DNA from: Candidatus Saganbacteria bacterium
GTDB lineage: Bacteria > Margulisbacteria > WOR-1 > JAKLHX01
Assembly (NCBI GenBank): GCA_026387835.1
Contig: JAPLKZ010000010.1
Coordinates: forward strand, 65,872-129,871
DNA length: 64,000 nucleotides
Reading direction: 5' to 3'
How positions within the stretch are numbered: the first letter of the stretch is position 1; each line of letters begins with the position of its first letter. The notes beneath the pieces were generated by a model that searched no databases, had not been told where the DNA came from, and worked only from the letters and a program-made list of their open reading frames with translations. Of this stretch, positions 34,915 through 44,352 are shown one piece after another. A program made the translations under genes and the position numbers.

Positions 34915-36138
34915 ATGCCTTTTTATATTTACCAGGGTATCGACAAGTTCGGCAACAAAGTAAGAAAGACGATCGAATCGCCGAACAGGGACGTACTCGC
35001 CGAAAATCTCTTAAAGCAGAATTTCACTATCCTTTCCGTCAAGGAGAAGAAGCCGGGACTGGATATCGGGTTCATCGACGAGATACTAAAAAAATCCGTG
35101 AAGGTTAAGATCTACGATCTTGTGATGTTCCTTGTCCAGCTTTCAAACATGCTCAGCGCCGGAATGACCCTTCCCGCCGCTCTCACGACCCTCGCGGAGC
35201 AGACAGACAATAAAAAATTGAAATCCGCCGTTGCCGAAATATCCGAAGATATCAAACAGGGCAGGACTTTTTCGGAATCGCTTGAAAAGCACAAGGATAT
35301 TTTTTCGAGCGTGTTCGTCAACATGGTGGCTGCGGGAGAGACCTCTGGCAACCTTGATGAGATCCTGAGCAGGCTCGCAGGCTTCACGGAGCACGAAGCG
35401 GAACTCGGGCAGAAGATCTCATCCGCGATGATGTACCCTATGATACTCATGATAACCGGCATCATTGTGGTGTGTTTCGTCGTCACCACCGTAATTCCTC
35501 CTTTTGCCAAGATCTTTATGGACGCGGGGGTGCCCCTGCCGCTGCCTACTCTTATGCTCTTTAACCTCAACCTTATCATCAGGGCTACATGGATCTATTT
35601 GATCATTGCCGCGGCCGCAGGATGGACCGCGGTAAAGTTCTTCTCAAAAGATCCTGCCGTAAAAATAAAGATCGATTCCATCAAGCTCAATATGCCTCTT
35701 TGGGGAGATCTTCTGAGAAAAGTTACGATAGCCCGGCTTTCAAGGACCCTTTCGGCTCTCCTTTCAAGCGGTGTCCCGATGATACAGGCGCTTGAGATAA
35801 CCGAAAAGACCATCGATATCGCCCCTCTGGCAGCAGTGATCCGCGACGTGGCCGCGGCGGTCGGCAAGGGCCAGAACTTAAGCGAACCCCTGAGAGCGAG
35901 CAGGCAATTCCCTCCGATGACCGTACATATGATAGCCGTCGGCGAAGAGACCGGGACCATTGAGACAATGTTGAACAAGATCGGGGACTTTTACGATATG
36001 GCCAGCGATTACGCGATAAAAAAAATGACATCGCTTCTTGAGCCGATGTTCCTTGTGATAATCGCAGTCCTGGTGGGTTTTATCTTTGCATCGATCCTGC
36101 TGCCTATATTCCAGATGGTCAAGACGTTGAAACATTGA
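34915..36138 (+). CDS. pilC: Type IV pilus platform protein PilC/GspF (two T2SS-F domains)
   Basis: Duplicated GspF domain architecture with 3 TM helices. Confidence 0.85.
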   Translation: MPFYIYQGIDKFGNKVRKTIESPNRDVLAENLLKQNFTILSVKEKKPGLDIGFIDEILKKSVKVKIYDLVMFLVQLSNMLSAGMTLPAALTTLAEQTDNKKLKSAVAEISEDIKQGRTFSESLEKHKDIFSSVFVNMVAAGETSGNLDEILSRLAGFTEHEAELGQKISSAMMYPMILMITGIIVVCFVVTTVIPPFAKIFMDAGVPLPLPTLMLFNLNLIIRATWIYLIIAAAAGWTAVKFFSKDPAVKIKIDSIKLNMPLWGDLLRKVTIARLSRTLSALLSSGVPMIQALEITEKTIDIAPLAAVIRDVAAAVGKGQNLSEPLRASRQFPPMTVHMIAVGEETGTIETMLNKIGDFYDMASDYAIKKMTSLLEPMFLVIIAVLVGFIFASILLPIFQMVKTLKH

Positions 36139-36185
36139 CAGGTGTATAATATATTCTGCATAATCTTAAAGGAGCGGATGCGGAT

Positions 36186-37244
36186 ATGGAAATAAAGACC
36201 CTGCTGAAAACAGTGACCCAAAAAGGTGCCTCCGACCTGATAATCGTAGCGAACTCCAAACCGATCATAAGGCTCGGGGGAAGTCTGATCCCTTTAGGGG
36301 AAGAAACCCTGGACAAGGCGAAGGCAAAAGAATTGATCTACTCCATGCTTACCCCGCATCAGATAGAAATATTTGAACGGACAAAAGAGCTTGACAGCTC
36401 CTACGAGCTTCAGGGAGTATGCCGCTTCAGGGTGAATGTCCACTTCCAGGAAGACAGCGTCGCGGCATCGCTTAGGACCATTCCTTCGGAAATACCTTCC
36501 GCCAAGTCGATGATGCTTCCGGACATCATCAACGAGTTCATAAAAGAACCCAGAGGCATGGTGCTTATCACGGGACCCACGGGATCCGGCAAGAGCACGA
36601 CACAGGCCGTCATGATCGACATCGTCAATTCCACAAAAAGCCGCCATATTATCACGATCGAGGACCCTGTTGAGTTCATGCACAAGAACAAGAAAAGTAT
36701 TATTGAACAAAGGGAGATCGGACAGGATACCGAATCTTTCTCTGCCGCGCTGACGCACGTGCTCAGGCAGAACCCCGATGTGATCCTGATCGGAGAGATG
36801 AGGGATGTTGAGACAATTTCTATCGCAATAACAGCGGCGGAGACCGGCCATCTGGTCATATCCACCCTGCACACCAACGACGCCGTTCAGACGATAGACA
36901 GGATAATCGATGTATTCCCTCCGCATCAGCAGAACCAGATCAGGACCCAGCTTGCCCTTACGCTCCGGGGTGTTATCTCGCAGCAGCTCATACCGAGGTC
37001 CGACGGCAAAGGGCTTGTACTTGCCGCGGAGGTCCTGGTCATCAACCAGGCGGTAAGCAATATCATCAGAAAAGGAAATACCCAGGAAATATCTTCGATG
37101 ATAGAGATAGGCTCCAAATACGGCATGCAGACGATGGATGCCGCACTGAAAAACCTTTACAGAGAAGGCCTGATCTCTTATGAGAACGCCATGGCGCGGG
37201 CTGTAAATCCTGAAAACCTTGAAAAGCTTCTGGCCAAGGCCTGA
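36186..37244 (+). CDS. pilT: Twitching-motility (retraction) ATPase PilT
   Basis: Walker A GPTGSGKSTT, the PilT signature around GEMRD, and an AIRNLIREGK-like C-terminus (SNIIRKGN). Confidence 0.85.
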   Translation: MEIKTLLKTVTQKGASDLIIVANSKPIIRLGGSLIPLGEETLDKAKAKELIYSMLTPHQIEIFERTKELDSSYELQGVCRFRVNVHFQEDSVAASLRTIPSEIPSAKSMMLPDIINEFIKEPRGMVLITGPTGSGKSTTQAVMIDIVNSTKSRHIITIEDPVEFMHKNKKSIIEQREIGQDTESFSAALTHVLRQNPDVILIGEMRDVETISIAITAAETGHLVISTLHTNDAVQTIDRIIDVFPPHQQNQIRTQLALTLRGVISQQLIPRSDGKGLVLAAEVLVINQAVSNIIRKGNTQEISSMIEIGSKYGMQTMDAALKNLYREGLISYENAMARAVNPENLEKLLAKA

Positions 37245-37392
37245 CGGATGATGCAAAAATCGGTATTGCCAATTAAAATGATTTAGTATATACTTCTTAA
37301 TTAAGCACATGGGCCCCGGCAAAGAATGTTTTTCCGGGTCTTTTGTGAAAGAGCTCATGCTAATTTGAAATACGGGAGGAGGTGAGAGTTTA

Positions 37393-37836
37393 ATGTTTAA
37401 AAGAAGAGGCTTCACATTGATCGAACTTTTAATTGTTATGGCTGTCATTGCTGTGCTTATAGGTATTGCCATACCAAGTTTCAGGGGAATGCAGCAGGAA
37501 GCTAAGACCGCAAAAGCGGGTGGCGACCTCAGGGTGTTGAAGTTGGCGGTTGAGGCTTACAATGCCAAACACAATACTCTTCCGGCTTCTCTTGGTATCC
37601 TGACTGCAGAGTCTAACGCAGTCATATCAGTTGAACCGACAGATGCTTTCTCAACAGTTGCATATTTATATGCAACCGAAGGCGGAACGACACCGAGATA
37701 CTATGTAATATGGTCAATAGGACCTAACGCTTCAGCAACAGCTTGTACCGTGACGAGCGCTGGAGTTGTTACTGCCGGAGAGGCAAACCAGATAGGAGTG
37801 ACTAACGGGACTCCCCCAAACTCTAACTGGAAGTAA
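37393..37836 (+). CDS. Type IV (pseudo)pilin, GspG-like major pilin
   Basis: Prepilin leader MFKRRG|FTLIELLIVMAVIAVL with Glu at +5, and a C-terminal D-x-IG-x-TNG...PN...WK motif. Confidence 0.8.
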   Translation: MFKRRGFTLIELLIVMAVIAVLIGIAIPSFRGMQQEAKTAKAGGDLRVLKLAVEAYNAKHNTLPASLGILTAESNAVISVEPTDAFSTVAYLYATEGGTTPRYYVIWSIGPNASATACTVTSAGVVTAGEANQIGVTNGTPPNSNWK

Positions 37837-37858
37837 GTTTTTGATCTAATAAAAATGG

Positions 37859-37887
37859 GCCCCGATCCGATCGGGGCTTATTTTTTT
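37859..37887 (+). terminator. Rho-independent terminator after the major pilin gene
   Basis: Perfect palindrome GCCCCGATC-C-GATCGGGGC followed by TTATTTTTTT. Confidence 0.65.
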
Positions 37888-37907
37888 ATGCTATAATTTC
37901 TAAAATC

Positions 37908-38333
37908 ATGAAAAACAAAGGCTTTACTGTGATAGAGCTTGTTATGGTCATAGCCATCATCTCGATAATCCTTTCTGTCGCAGCAATGAATTTTTTTAAT
38001 ATCCAGAACGATGCCCGAGGGAGCAAAATAGAAAGTGATCTTCGCGTGCTCAAGCTGGCGGCAGAAACTTTCTGTTCCTCAAAAATGAAATATCCCGACG
38101 ATTTATTGCAGCTGGAAAACGGACCGGTAATTCAAACCCTGCCAAAAGATCCCTATAATTCGGACAACAATTACCAGTATTTTGTCTGTAGAGATTATTT
38201 CGCTATATGGTCAGTGGGACTGAACGGAACAAGCGGAACGGTGATAATCAATTTCGGCGGCAAGGTTGACGATACCGATGCAGATGATATAGGCACTACC
38301 AACGGTGCCTGCCCGAACTTATACTGGAAATAG
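37908..38333 (+). CDS. Second GspG-like type IV (pseudo)pilin, paralogue of 37393
   Basis: MKNKG|FTVIELVMVIAIISIIL, and the C-terminus shares the YxxIWSxG...DDIGTTNG.CPN.YWK pattern. Confidence 0.75.
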   Translation: MKNKGFTVIELVMVIAIISIILSVAAMNFFNIQNDARGSKIESDLRVLKLAAETFCSSKMKYPDDLLQLENGPVIQTLPKDPYNSDNNYQYFVCRDYFAIWSVGLNGTSGTVIINFGGKVDDTDADDIGTTNGACPNLYWK

Positions 38334-38380
38334 AAAAATTCCTTTACAATATATATCTTCTCTGTTATAATCTTTGAAAA

Positions 38381-38782
38381 ATGGTATATATCAAATCGTT
38401 TTTTGATGTCCGTCCATCAAAGGCCGGTTTTACGCTGCTTGAGATGGTGATCGTCCTCGCTGTTCTGTCCCTTGGGCTTCTTCCCATAATGCTCCTTTTT
38501 TCAAGCGGGATAACAGCCAGTTCCGACGCGACCAACAGGTCCGTCGCCGTCCAGCTGGCCCAGCAGAAGATGGAACAGATAAAGGGCCTGTCATATTCAG
38601 ACATTGAAAGTACAAGCGAAGCTTTCGGCCAGATCTCCGGATTCAGCAATTTTTCAAGGGCTGTCACATCTTCTACGGCTGAAGGGAGTCCCGATCTGAT
38701 AGATGTAAAGGTCAATGTCCAATGGCAAAGCGGGCCGTCTATAGGAAGTTATGAAGTCGAGACATTTATCGCAAATTATTAA
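38381..38782 (+). CDS. Minor (pseudo)pilin, GspI/PilV-like
   Basis: Leader ending KAG|FTLLEMVIVLAV. Confidence 0.65.
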   Translation: MVYIKSFFDVRPSKAGFTLLEMVIVLAVLSLGLLPIMLLFSSGITASSDATNRSVAVQLAQQKMEQIKGLSYSDIESTSEAFGQISGFSNFSRAVTSSTAEGSPDLIDVKVNVQWQSGPSIGSYEVETFIANY

Positions 38783-38787
38783 GCATT

Positions 38788-39276
38788 ATGAGAAAGAACG
38801 GATTTTCTTTGATAGAGCTCGTGACCGTCATAGCAATACTCGTGTTGGTGGTGTCTTTGCTAGTAACGATATACTTAGCGGGAGCGGACATATTCGGAAC
38901 GGAGAAAAATTTATCTGACATCGCGATCGAGGGGGACAGGGCAATGAAAACAATGGTCGATGAAATAAGGAACGGCCGTGAAGTGACCGTTGCTGATAAT
39001 AGGCAGTTCACGTTCTGGATGCAGGATGCGGACAATGATACAGTGATAGATTCCTCCGAGACGGTGTCTTATTCCTGGGATGGAACATCCGGCGGAAATC
39101 TGTTAAGGGCCGTTGCCGGAGTTCCTTTCATCCTGTCAAAATATGTGAATGATCTGAACTTTACTTATGACAGCGGCACCTTGTCATCCATCAGGAGCGT
39201 AAACATCCGGCTTACAAACAGTATCGGAACTGATGTTCACACGCTTGAATCCACGGTCCGGCTGAGGAATTTATGA
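38788..39276 (+). CDS. Minor (pseudo)pilin, GspJ/PilW-like
   Basis: MRKNG|FSLIELVTVIAILVLVV. Confidence 0.65.
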   Translation: MRKNGFSLIELVTVIAILVLVVSLLVTIYLAGADIFGTEKNLSDIAIEGDRAMKTMVDEIRNGREVTVADNRQFTFWMQDADNDTVIDSSETVSYSWDGTSGGNLLRAVAGVPFILSKYVNDLNFTYDSGTLSSIRSVNIRLTNSIGTDVHTLESTVRLRNL

Positions 39277-40421
39277 GAAGAAATAAAGGGAATCTTTTGC
39301 TGACTTTCATAATGCTGATCGGCATAAGCGCGCTGATAATGTCATTTTTGTTTTTGGTCACCGCGCGTACCACCGGCTCCGTATACCAGATGAACAGGGT
39401 CAAGGCTTTTTATATCTCTGAAGCCGGAATAAACAAGGCGATCTGGTGTCTCAGCTTCGGCAGCATGGGAAGCACTTACAGGACAGGGAGCAGCATAGAG
39501 GCTTTTGGAGGCGGAAGTTATAACTATTCTATTCTTGACGGCCCTTTAAGTTCGATAATCATAACTTCTACCGGCGAAGTGAACGGCGTTTCGCGGACTA
39601 TCCAGCAGCTGATAATATCAAGCGCTCTTCCTCCGGCGTTCGATTTTGCGGTCTACGGGAACGGAAATTTGTCGCTACAGGGGAACTCATCAATAAAAGG
39701 GCCTGTTTTTTCTAACGGAAATATCTCAATAAAAGGGAATACAAACCATCCTACAGGAGAGACATCCGTTTCACCGGGACACACTGTAACGGTAAACGGC
39801 AAGCCTGTTCCGTTCACCGTGATTGATCCTCCTCCCCCACCCCCTACAATGAATACAAAATATTATGACGATCTTATCACCGCCGCCGGCACTTCAGCAG
39901 CAGGTAACCGGACTATCGGCAGTACTAATCTCAACGGAAATACTATTTTTGTGAACGGCAACGTGACGATTTCCGGGAATTCTACATTGACAGGGGGTGG
40001 AATCATCGTTGCGACGGGTACTATTAATATATCTGGTAACACTACGATCGGGCCAAATACTAAATTTATTTCAAACAAAACGATGACAATAACAGGAAAT
40101 ACAAATATCCAGGATGACGGTGTTCTATATTCAAATACGACAATTACTGATTCCGGAAACAATCGTTTGAAAGGTGCTATCATGGCGCCCTCTATAACGA
40201 TCAACGGGAACGATACGATATACGGATTCCTGTATTCTTGGGGAGTAAGCGTTGCGCTTAACGGCAATATTAACATGTACGGCGCGATAGTGAATCCTTC
40301 CGCCGCAACTTACACTGGCAATATCAAGATCGAGTATGACCCGTCTTATCTGCCGGAAGCCCCTATCGGCCTTACAAGCGGCGGATATACATTGTTAAAA
40401 GGCTCATGGAAGGAATTATGA
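39273..40421 (+). CDS. PilX-N-like pilus protein with a C-terminal Asn/Gly-rich beta-helix-type repeat domain and a PPPPPP linker
   Basis: N-terminus MRRNKGNLLLTFIMLIGISALIM is a PilX_N-like hydrophobic segment without a G|F cleavage motif. About 15 repeats of GN-x-x-I-x-GN/ NGN-x-TI-x-GN follow. Confidence 0.6.
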   Translation: MRRNKGNLLLTFIMLIGISALIMSFLFLVTARTTGSVYQMNRVKAFYISEAGINKAIWCLSFGSMGSTYRTGSSIEAFGGGSYNYSILDGPLSSIIITSTGEVNGVSRTIQQLIISSALPPAFDFAVYGNGNLSLQGNSSIKGPVFSNGNISIKGNTNHPTGETSVSPGHTVTVNGKPVPFTVIDPPPPPPTMNTKYYDDLITAAGTSAAGNRTIGSTNLNGNTIFVNGNVTISGNSTLTGGGIIVATGTINISGNTTIGPNTKFISNKTMTITGNTNIQDDGVLYSNTTITDSGNNRLKGAIMAPSITINGNDTIYGFLYSWGVSVALNGNINMYGAIVNPSAATYTGNIKIEYDPSYLPEAPIGLTSGGYTLLKGSWKEL

Positions 40422-40422
40422 T

Positions 40423-42063
40423 ATGAGTCCTGTAAGGGACGCAAAAACGGAATTTTCGGTCGGATTTGATATAAGCGGCGGATATATTCGCCTTGCCGAG
40501 ATATCGGAATCCGATAAAGGTTTCAGGCTCGAGGAATACAGGATCGCCGAGACCGCGCGCGAAAAAGACGGCTCTACTTCCGCGGGTTCTGTCCTCGATC
40601 TGTTAAAAAAAACCTTCGCTTCACTTCCGTCAAGAAAACGCAAAATATACTGCCTTTTATCCGGCACTGAAGTAGTGATCCGCAGGGTCATCGTCCCAAA
40701 ACTCAAGGAAAAAGACCTTCTTGAAGCCGTAAAATGGGAGATGAAAAGCCATATCCCGTTCACTCTTGAGAACACGGTCATTGATTACAAGATGCTGGGA
40801 GCTGTCCATGAAAGAGGTGTCGAAAAGCTTGACCTTCTCGTGGCTGCCGTTTCAAAAGAATCCATTGCCGGCATCCACGGTCTTTTTGAGTCCGCCGGAA
40901 TAAACCTTGACGGCATTTCGTTAGCGCCTTTCGCCGTGTGGGACCTGCTGAAAAAACTGAACATCCTTGAAAAAGATAAGACCACCGCTTTTATCAACAT
41001 GGGCGTCGATTCCACGAGCCTGATCTTTTTCAACGGGGAGAACCTTGAATTCTTCAGGGAACTGTCTATCGCGGGGAATAATTTTACCAAAGCGATGATC
41101 GGCACTTTCGTCAGCGACAAGTGGCAGATGGACTTCACCTATGAGCAGGCCGAAAAGATGAAAAGGACCTACGGCATCCCGGCCGAAAACACTCAGGAGA
41201 ACACTCCGGACGGCGTTCCGCTGTCACAGATATCCCAGCTGTTAAGACCGGTCCTGCGCAGGTTCCTTAACGAGATAATCCGCTCGTTCAGTTTTTACAA
41301 GGAAAATTTCAACAGGACAGCCGTCGACAAGGTCATCTTGTCCGGCGGTTCCTCAAAAATGAAGAGCCTTGACACTTTTTTATCTTCCGGTCTTGAGACA
41401 AGTGTTCAGAACTTTGATGCCTGTGCCGGCCTAGAGAGCTCTAAAACAGACGGAGAATTTAAAGAGATCTGCCCTCACCTTTCGATAGCCATAGGCATTG
41501 CCCTTTCCCAGGCAAAGGAGATGAACCTCCTCAAGAGAGCAAGGATCGGCAAAAAAAATCCTGCCCCTTTCAACATCGATAGGGCGTTTGAGTTCCTGTC
41601 TGATACCGATAATTCCATAAAAGTCCCCGCCGTCACCGGCGGAGCCGTGCTTCTGCTGTTTATTGTCATAGCTTTTTCCGCAGCGGTCATGATAAACAGC
41701 AGGCTTTCTTATTATAACGGTCTTATCAACGACAAGAGCTCCGTCCTTGCCAACATAAAACTGCTGCAGGAGCGCCGGGCTATCGTCAACAGAATATCGG
41801 CGGAGCAGACCCCGGTCAGGCAGGTGATCGCGGAACTCTCGAACATCCTTCCCCCGGGTATCCTCCTGAACAGTTTTTCATTCACAAATTCAAGCCGGCA
41901 AATGGTGATAACAGGTTCCTGCAACGGCATGAAGACGATAGGCGAGATGCTCAAAGATATCGAAATGTCTACGCTCTTTTCCGGAACTACGCTGATAGAG
42001 GCAAAAAGATCCGCCTCAAACAGTACAATAGATTTTAAGGTGATATTTAAAAGCGTAATATAA
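40423..42063 (+). CDS. pilM: PilM-PilN fusion protein (actin-like ATPase-fold PilM, then a TM helix and PilN periplasmic domain)
   Basis: 546 aa. An FtsA/PilM-like N-terminal roughly 370 aa, then TM VTGGAVLLLFIVIAFSAAV and a PilN-like C-terminal domain. Confidence 0.7.
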   Translation: MSPVRDAKTEFSVGFDISGGYIRLAEISESDKGFRLEEYRIAETAREKDGSTSAGSVLDLLKKTFASLPSRKRKIYCLLSGTEVVIRRVIVPKLKEKDLLEAVKWEMKSHIPFTLENTVIDYKMLGAVHERGVEKLDLLVAAVSKESIAGIHGLFESAGINLDGISLAPFAVWDLLKKLNILEKDKTTAFINMGVDSTSLIFFNGENLEFFRELSIAGNNFTKAMIGTFVSDKWQMDFTYEQAEKMKRTYGIPAENTQENTPDGVPLSQISQLLRPVLRRFLNEIIRSFSFYKENFNRTAVDKVILSGGSSKMKSLDTFLSSGLETSVQNFDACAGLESSKTDGEFKEICPHLSIAIGIALSQAKEMNLLKRARIGKKNPAPFNIDRAFEFLSDTDNSIKVPAVTGGAVLLLFIVIAFSAAVMINSRLSYYNGLINDKSSVLANIKLLQERRAIVNRISAEQTPVRQVIAELSNILPPGILLNSFSFTNSSRQMVITGSCNGMKTIGEMLKDIEMSTLFSGTTLIEAKRSASNSTIDFKVIFKSVI

Positions 42064-42075
42064 AGGAGAAATGAT

Positions 42076-42930
42076 TTGGAAAGGCCGCTTTGGCAAAAGA
42101 TCCTTCTGATGGCCCTGATAGCTATAGTTGTGATCTGGGCATCATACAATTATTTCTTGAAGGGGAAGATCAGGGAGCTTTCCGCTTCAAGGGAAACGCT
42201 CTCTTCGATCGAAAAGGAGATCGACCTTATGATCCCGAAAGACATAATCGCGGGAAAATCGGAAGCGACAAACCTGATCATCGAAAAAAAACTCGGAGAA
42301 CTGGGGAAAAAACTGCCTTCCGAGATAGATATACCCTACCTTATGCAGGACTTTATCACAAACTCGTCAAGAGATATCAAGATAAATTATTCCCTGGTAC
42401 AGCCTTCAGCCCTGATAAGCGAGCAGAAATATAAGAAACTTCCGATAGATATTGAGCTGTCCGGCGATTTTGAAAATCTGAACCTGTATCTGGTAAGGCT
42501 GGAAAATCTTCCTATGATGGTCCGGATCGATCAGCTCGACATAAACAAGAATTCAGACGCGAAGGTGCTCGACGTAAAGCTTCTTGTCTCGGCTTTTGTG
42601 ATGCCGTCAGCCGCGGGACAAACTTCACAGGAAAAGATCGTTATGCCGGGCGTCGTAATGTCCGATCCGTTCTTTTCGCAAAGATACTGCGTGGCATCGT
42701 CAAAGGAGGCGGCCGCATCAAAGAAGAGGACGATCAAGAAGTCGGCAAAAGTCCGGATCAAGTTCAAGGGTGTCTACGAAGGCAGTATCCAGGCTGTTTT
42801 CCTTAATGATTCGCTGGTAAAGACAGGGGAAAGCGTTGACGGTTTCACTGTAGAAAAAATAGGCGGGAAGTCCGTAACGGTCTCAAAGTCCGGAAAACGA
42901 TACACATTAAAATTAGGAGGTGAGATCTGA
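42076..42930 (+). CDS. pilO: PilO-like protein with a C-terminal PilP-like beta domain
   Basis: N-terminal TM helix plus coiled-coil (PilO-like). The C-terminal roughly 70 aa is beta-rich with a GKRYTLKLG end. Confidence 0.55.
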   Translation: MERPLWQKILLMALIAIVVIWASYNYFLKGKIRELSASRETLSSIEKEIDLMIPKDIIAGKSEATNLIIEKKLGELGKKLPSEIDIPYLMQDFITNSSRDIKINYSLVQPSALISEQKYKKLPIDIELSGDFENLNLYLVRLENLPMMVRIDQLDINKNSDAKVLDVKLLVSAFVMPSAAGQTSQEKIVMPGVVMSDPFFSQRYCVASSKEAAASKKRTIKKSAKVRIKFKGVYEGSIQAVFLNDSLVKTGESVDGFTVEKIGGKSVTVSKSGKRYTLKLGGEI

Positions 42931-44261
42931 TGAAAATCAAGACAGCGGTTTTATTGGTATTTTTGTTCTGCTGTCCGGTCCTCGCTCTGGATAATATTTA
43001 CAGCAGCGGCACCAGCAGCGAGACTATTTCTCTCAGCCTGAAAGATGCGCCAATAACCACGGTGCTCTACTCGCTGGGAAAAGAAGCGGGAATGAACGTC
43101 GTCGTAAGCAATACCGTCAAAGGAAAGGTAACTCTTTCTCTAAAGGATGTCCCGCCGTTTGAAGCTTTGCTGTCTGTCATCAGGTCCTGCGGTTATTCCT
43201 ACAAGATAGAGAACGGTATATTAAGAGTGACCGCACCCAACGCCCAGCCCGGGGAAAAACCTTCGTATGAAGTGGATATTTTCAGGGATAAAGGTCTTTT
43301 GACAAAGTCTTTTACGATCAATCAGGTGACCGCTGATGACGCAAAAGATATGCTTATGAAGCTTGATTATCCCAACACAAGGATCTTTTCGACAAAAGGG
43401 TCAAACATCGTTGTCGTCGAGGCGCCCGCGGCCTCGATGCAGAAGATCTCCGGGATAGTTAAACAGCTGAACATCGCACCCAACCAGGTTCTCGTCGAAT
43501 CGCAGCTGATGGAGATAACCCTCGGAAACGGCGCCACGCCGTCAAAGCTCGGCGTCAAAGGAAAATACTCCGGAAGCACCTATACCGCCCAGACCGAAGG
43601 TTTTGCAAATCCCGCAACGACAGGCACTCCCGGGTTTTACGCCCATGTCGTCAAGGGCAATCTTGACGCTTATCTGGAAGCCCTGGAGCATAAGGAAGGA
43701 TACAATCTTCTTGCCAATCCCAAGATCGTGGCGGTCTCCGGAAGATCGGCAAACATAATAAGCGGGTCAAAGCTGGGCTATAAGACAACTCTCACGACGA
43801 CCACCGGCACAAGCCAGATAATCGATTTTCTCGAGGTAGGAACAAAGCTCACTTTCACGGCGTATATTTCAAGCGACGGCACAATAAAGATGGATATTCA
43901 TCCTGAGGTCAGTGAAGGTTCCATATCGACAGACGGCCTTCCTCAAAAGCAGACGACCGAAGCCACCACGACGGTCATAGTAAGGGACGGGGAAACGATA
44001 ATCATCGGCGGCCTGATCAAGAATAAATCAAAAGAGGTCGAGAACGGGATACCGTTCCTGATGAGCATTCCTATTATCGGCAACGCATTCAAAAGCAAAG
44101 AGATCCTCTGGGAGAAAAAAGAGATAATCGCAATGCTCACGCCTCATCTTATCACTCCGGCAAGGATCAAAACCATGGGAGTAGAGATAGACACGGCCCG
44201 CCAAAAACAAAAAGATGCCAATACGGGCGAGGCGCCTAATCTGTGGTGGTGGATGAAGTAA
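42930..44261 (+). CDS. pilQ: Type IV pilus secretin PilQ
   Basis: Signal peptide, N0-like domain, and the C-terminal secretin signature VIVRDGETIIIGGLI...GIPFLMSIPIIGNAFK. Confidence 0.8.
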   Translation: MKIKTAVLLVFLFCCPVLALDNIYSSGTSSETISLSLKDAPITTVLYSLGKEAGMNVVVSNTVKGKVTLSLKDVPPFEALLSVIRSCGYSYKIENGILRVTAPNAQPGEKPSYEVDIFRDKGLLTKSFTINQVTADDAKDMLMKLDYPNTRIFSTKGSNIVVVEAPAASMQKISGIVKQLNIAPNQVLVESQLMEITLGNGATPSKLGVKGKYSGSTYTAQTEGFANPATTGTPGFYAHVVKGNLDAYLEALEHKEGYNLLANPKIVAVSGRSANIISGSKLGYKTTLTTTTGTSQIIDFLEVGTKLTFTAYISSDGTIKMDIHPEVSEGSISTDGLPQKQTTEATTTVIVRDGETIIIGGLIKNKSKEVENGIPFLMSIPIIGNAFKSKEILWEKKEIIAMLTPHLITPARIKTMGVEIDTARQKQKDANTGEAPNLWWWMK

Positions 44262-44352
44262 TGATTACTAATGACTAATTCTTAATGACTAATTAAGGAA
44301 TAATATAATAATGCTTCCTTCATTAGACATTAGTCATTAGTAATTAGTCATT
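44262..44352. repeat. AT-rich imperfect palindrome carrying four copies (2 direct, 2 inverted) of TAATGACTAAT; a bidirectional terminator or binding-site array between pilQ and oppF
   Basis: ...actaatgactaatt cttaatgactaattaagg ... ccttcattagacattagtcattag taattagtcattt. Confidence 0.5.

Noticed and set aside
37245-37330. Possible terminator hairpin after pilT (cccggcaaagaatgtttttccggg)
   Set aside because: Short 5-bp stem with a 14-nt loop and no clean T-run. Too weak to call.
36294-37472. 392-aa minus-strand ORF, with other long antisense ORFs (1719-2747, 26063-27091, 12070-12642, 55053-55781)
   Set aside because: Each is antisense to a gene with strong family signatures (pilT, trpC, ntrC, rpsA/pyrF, transporter). 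Their translations are low-complexity Arg/Gly/Pro-rich shadow frames.
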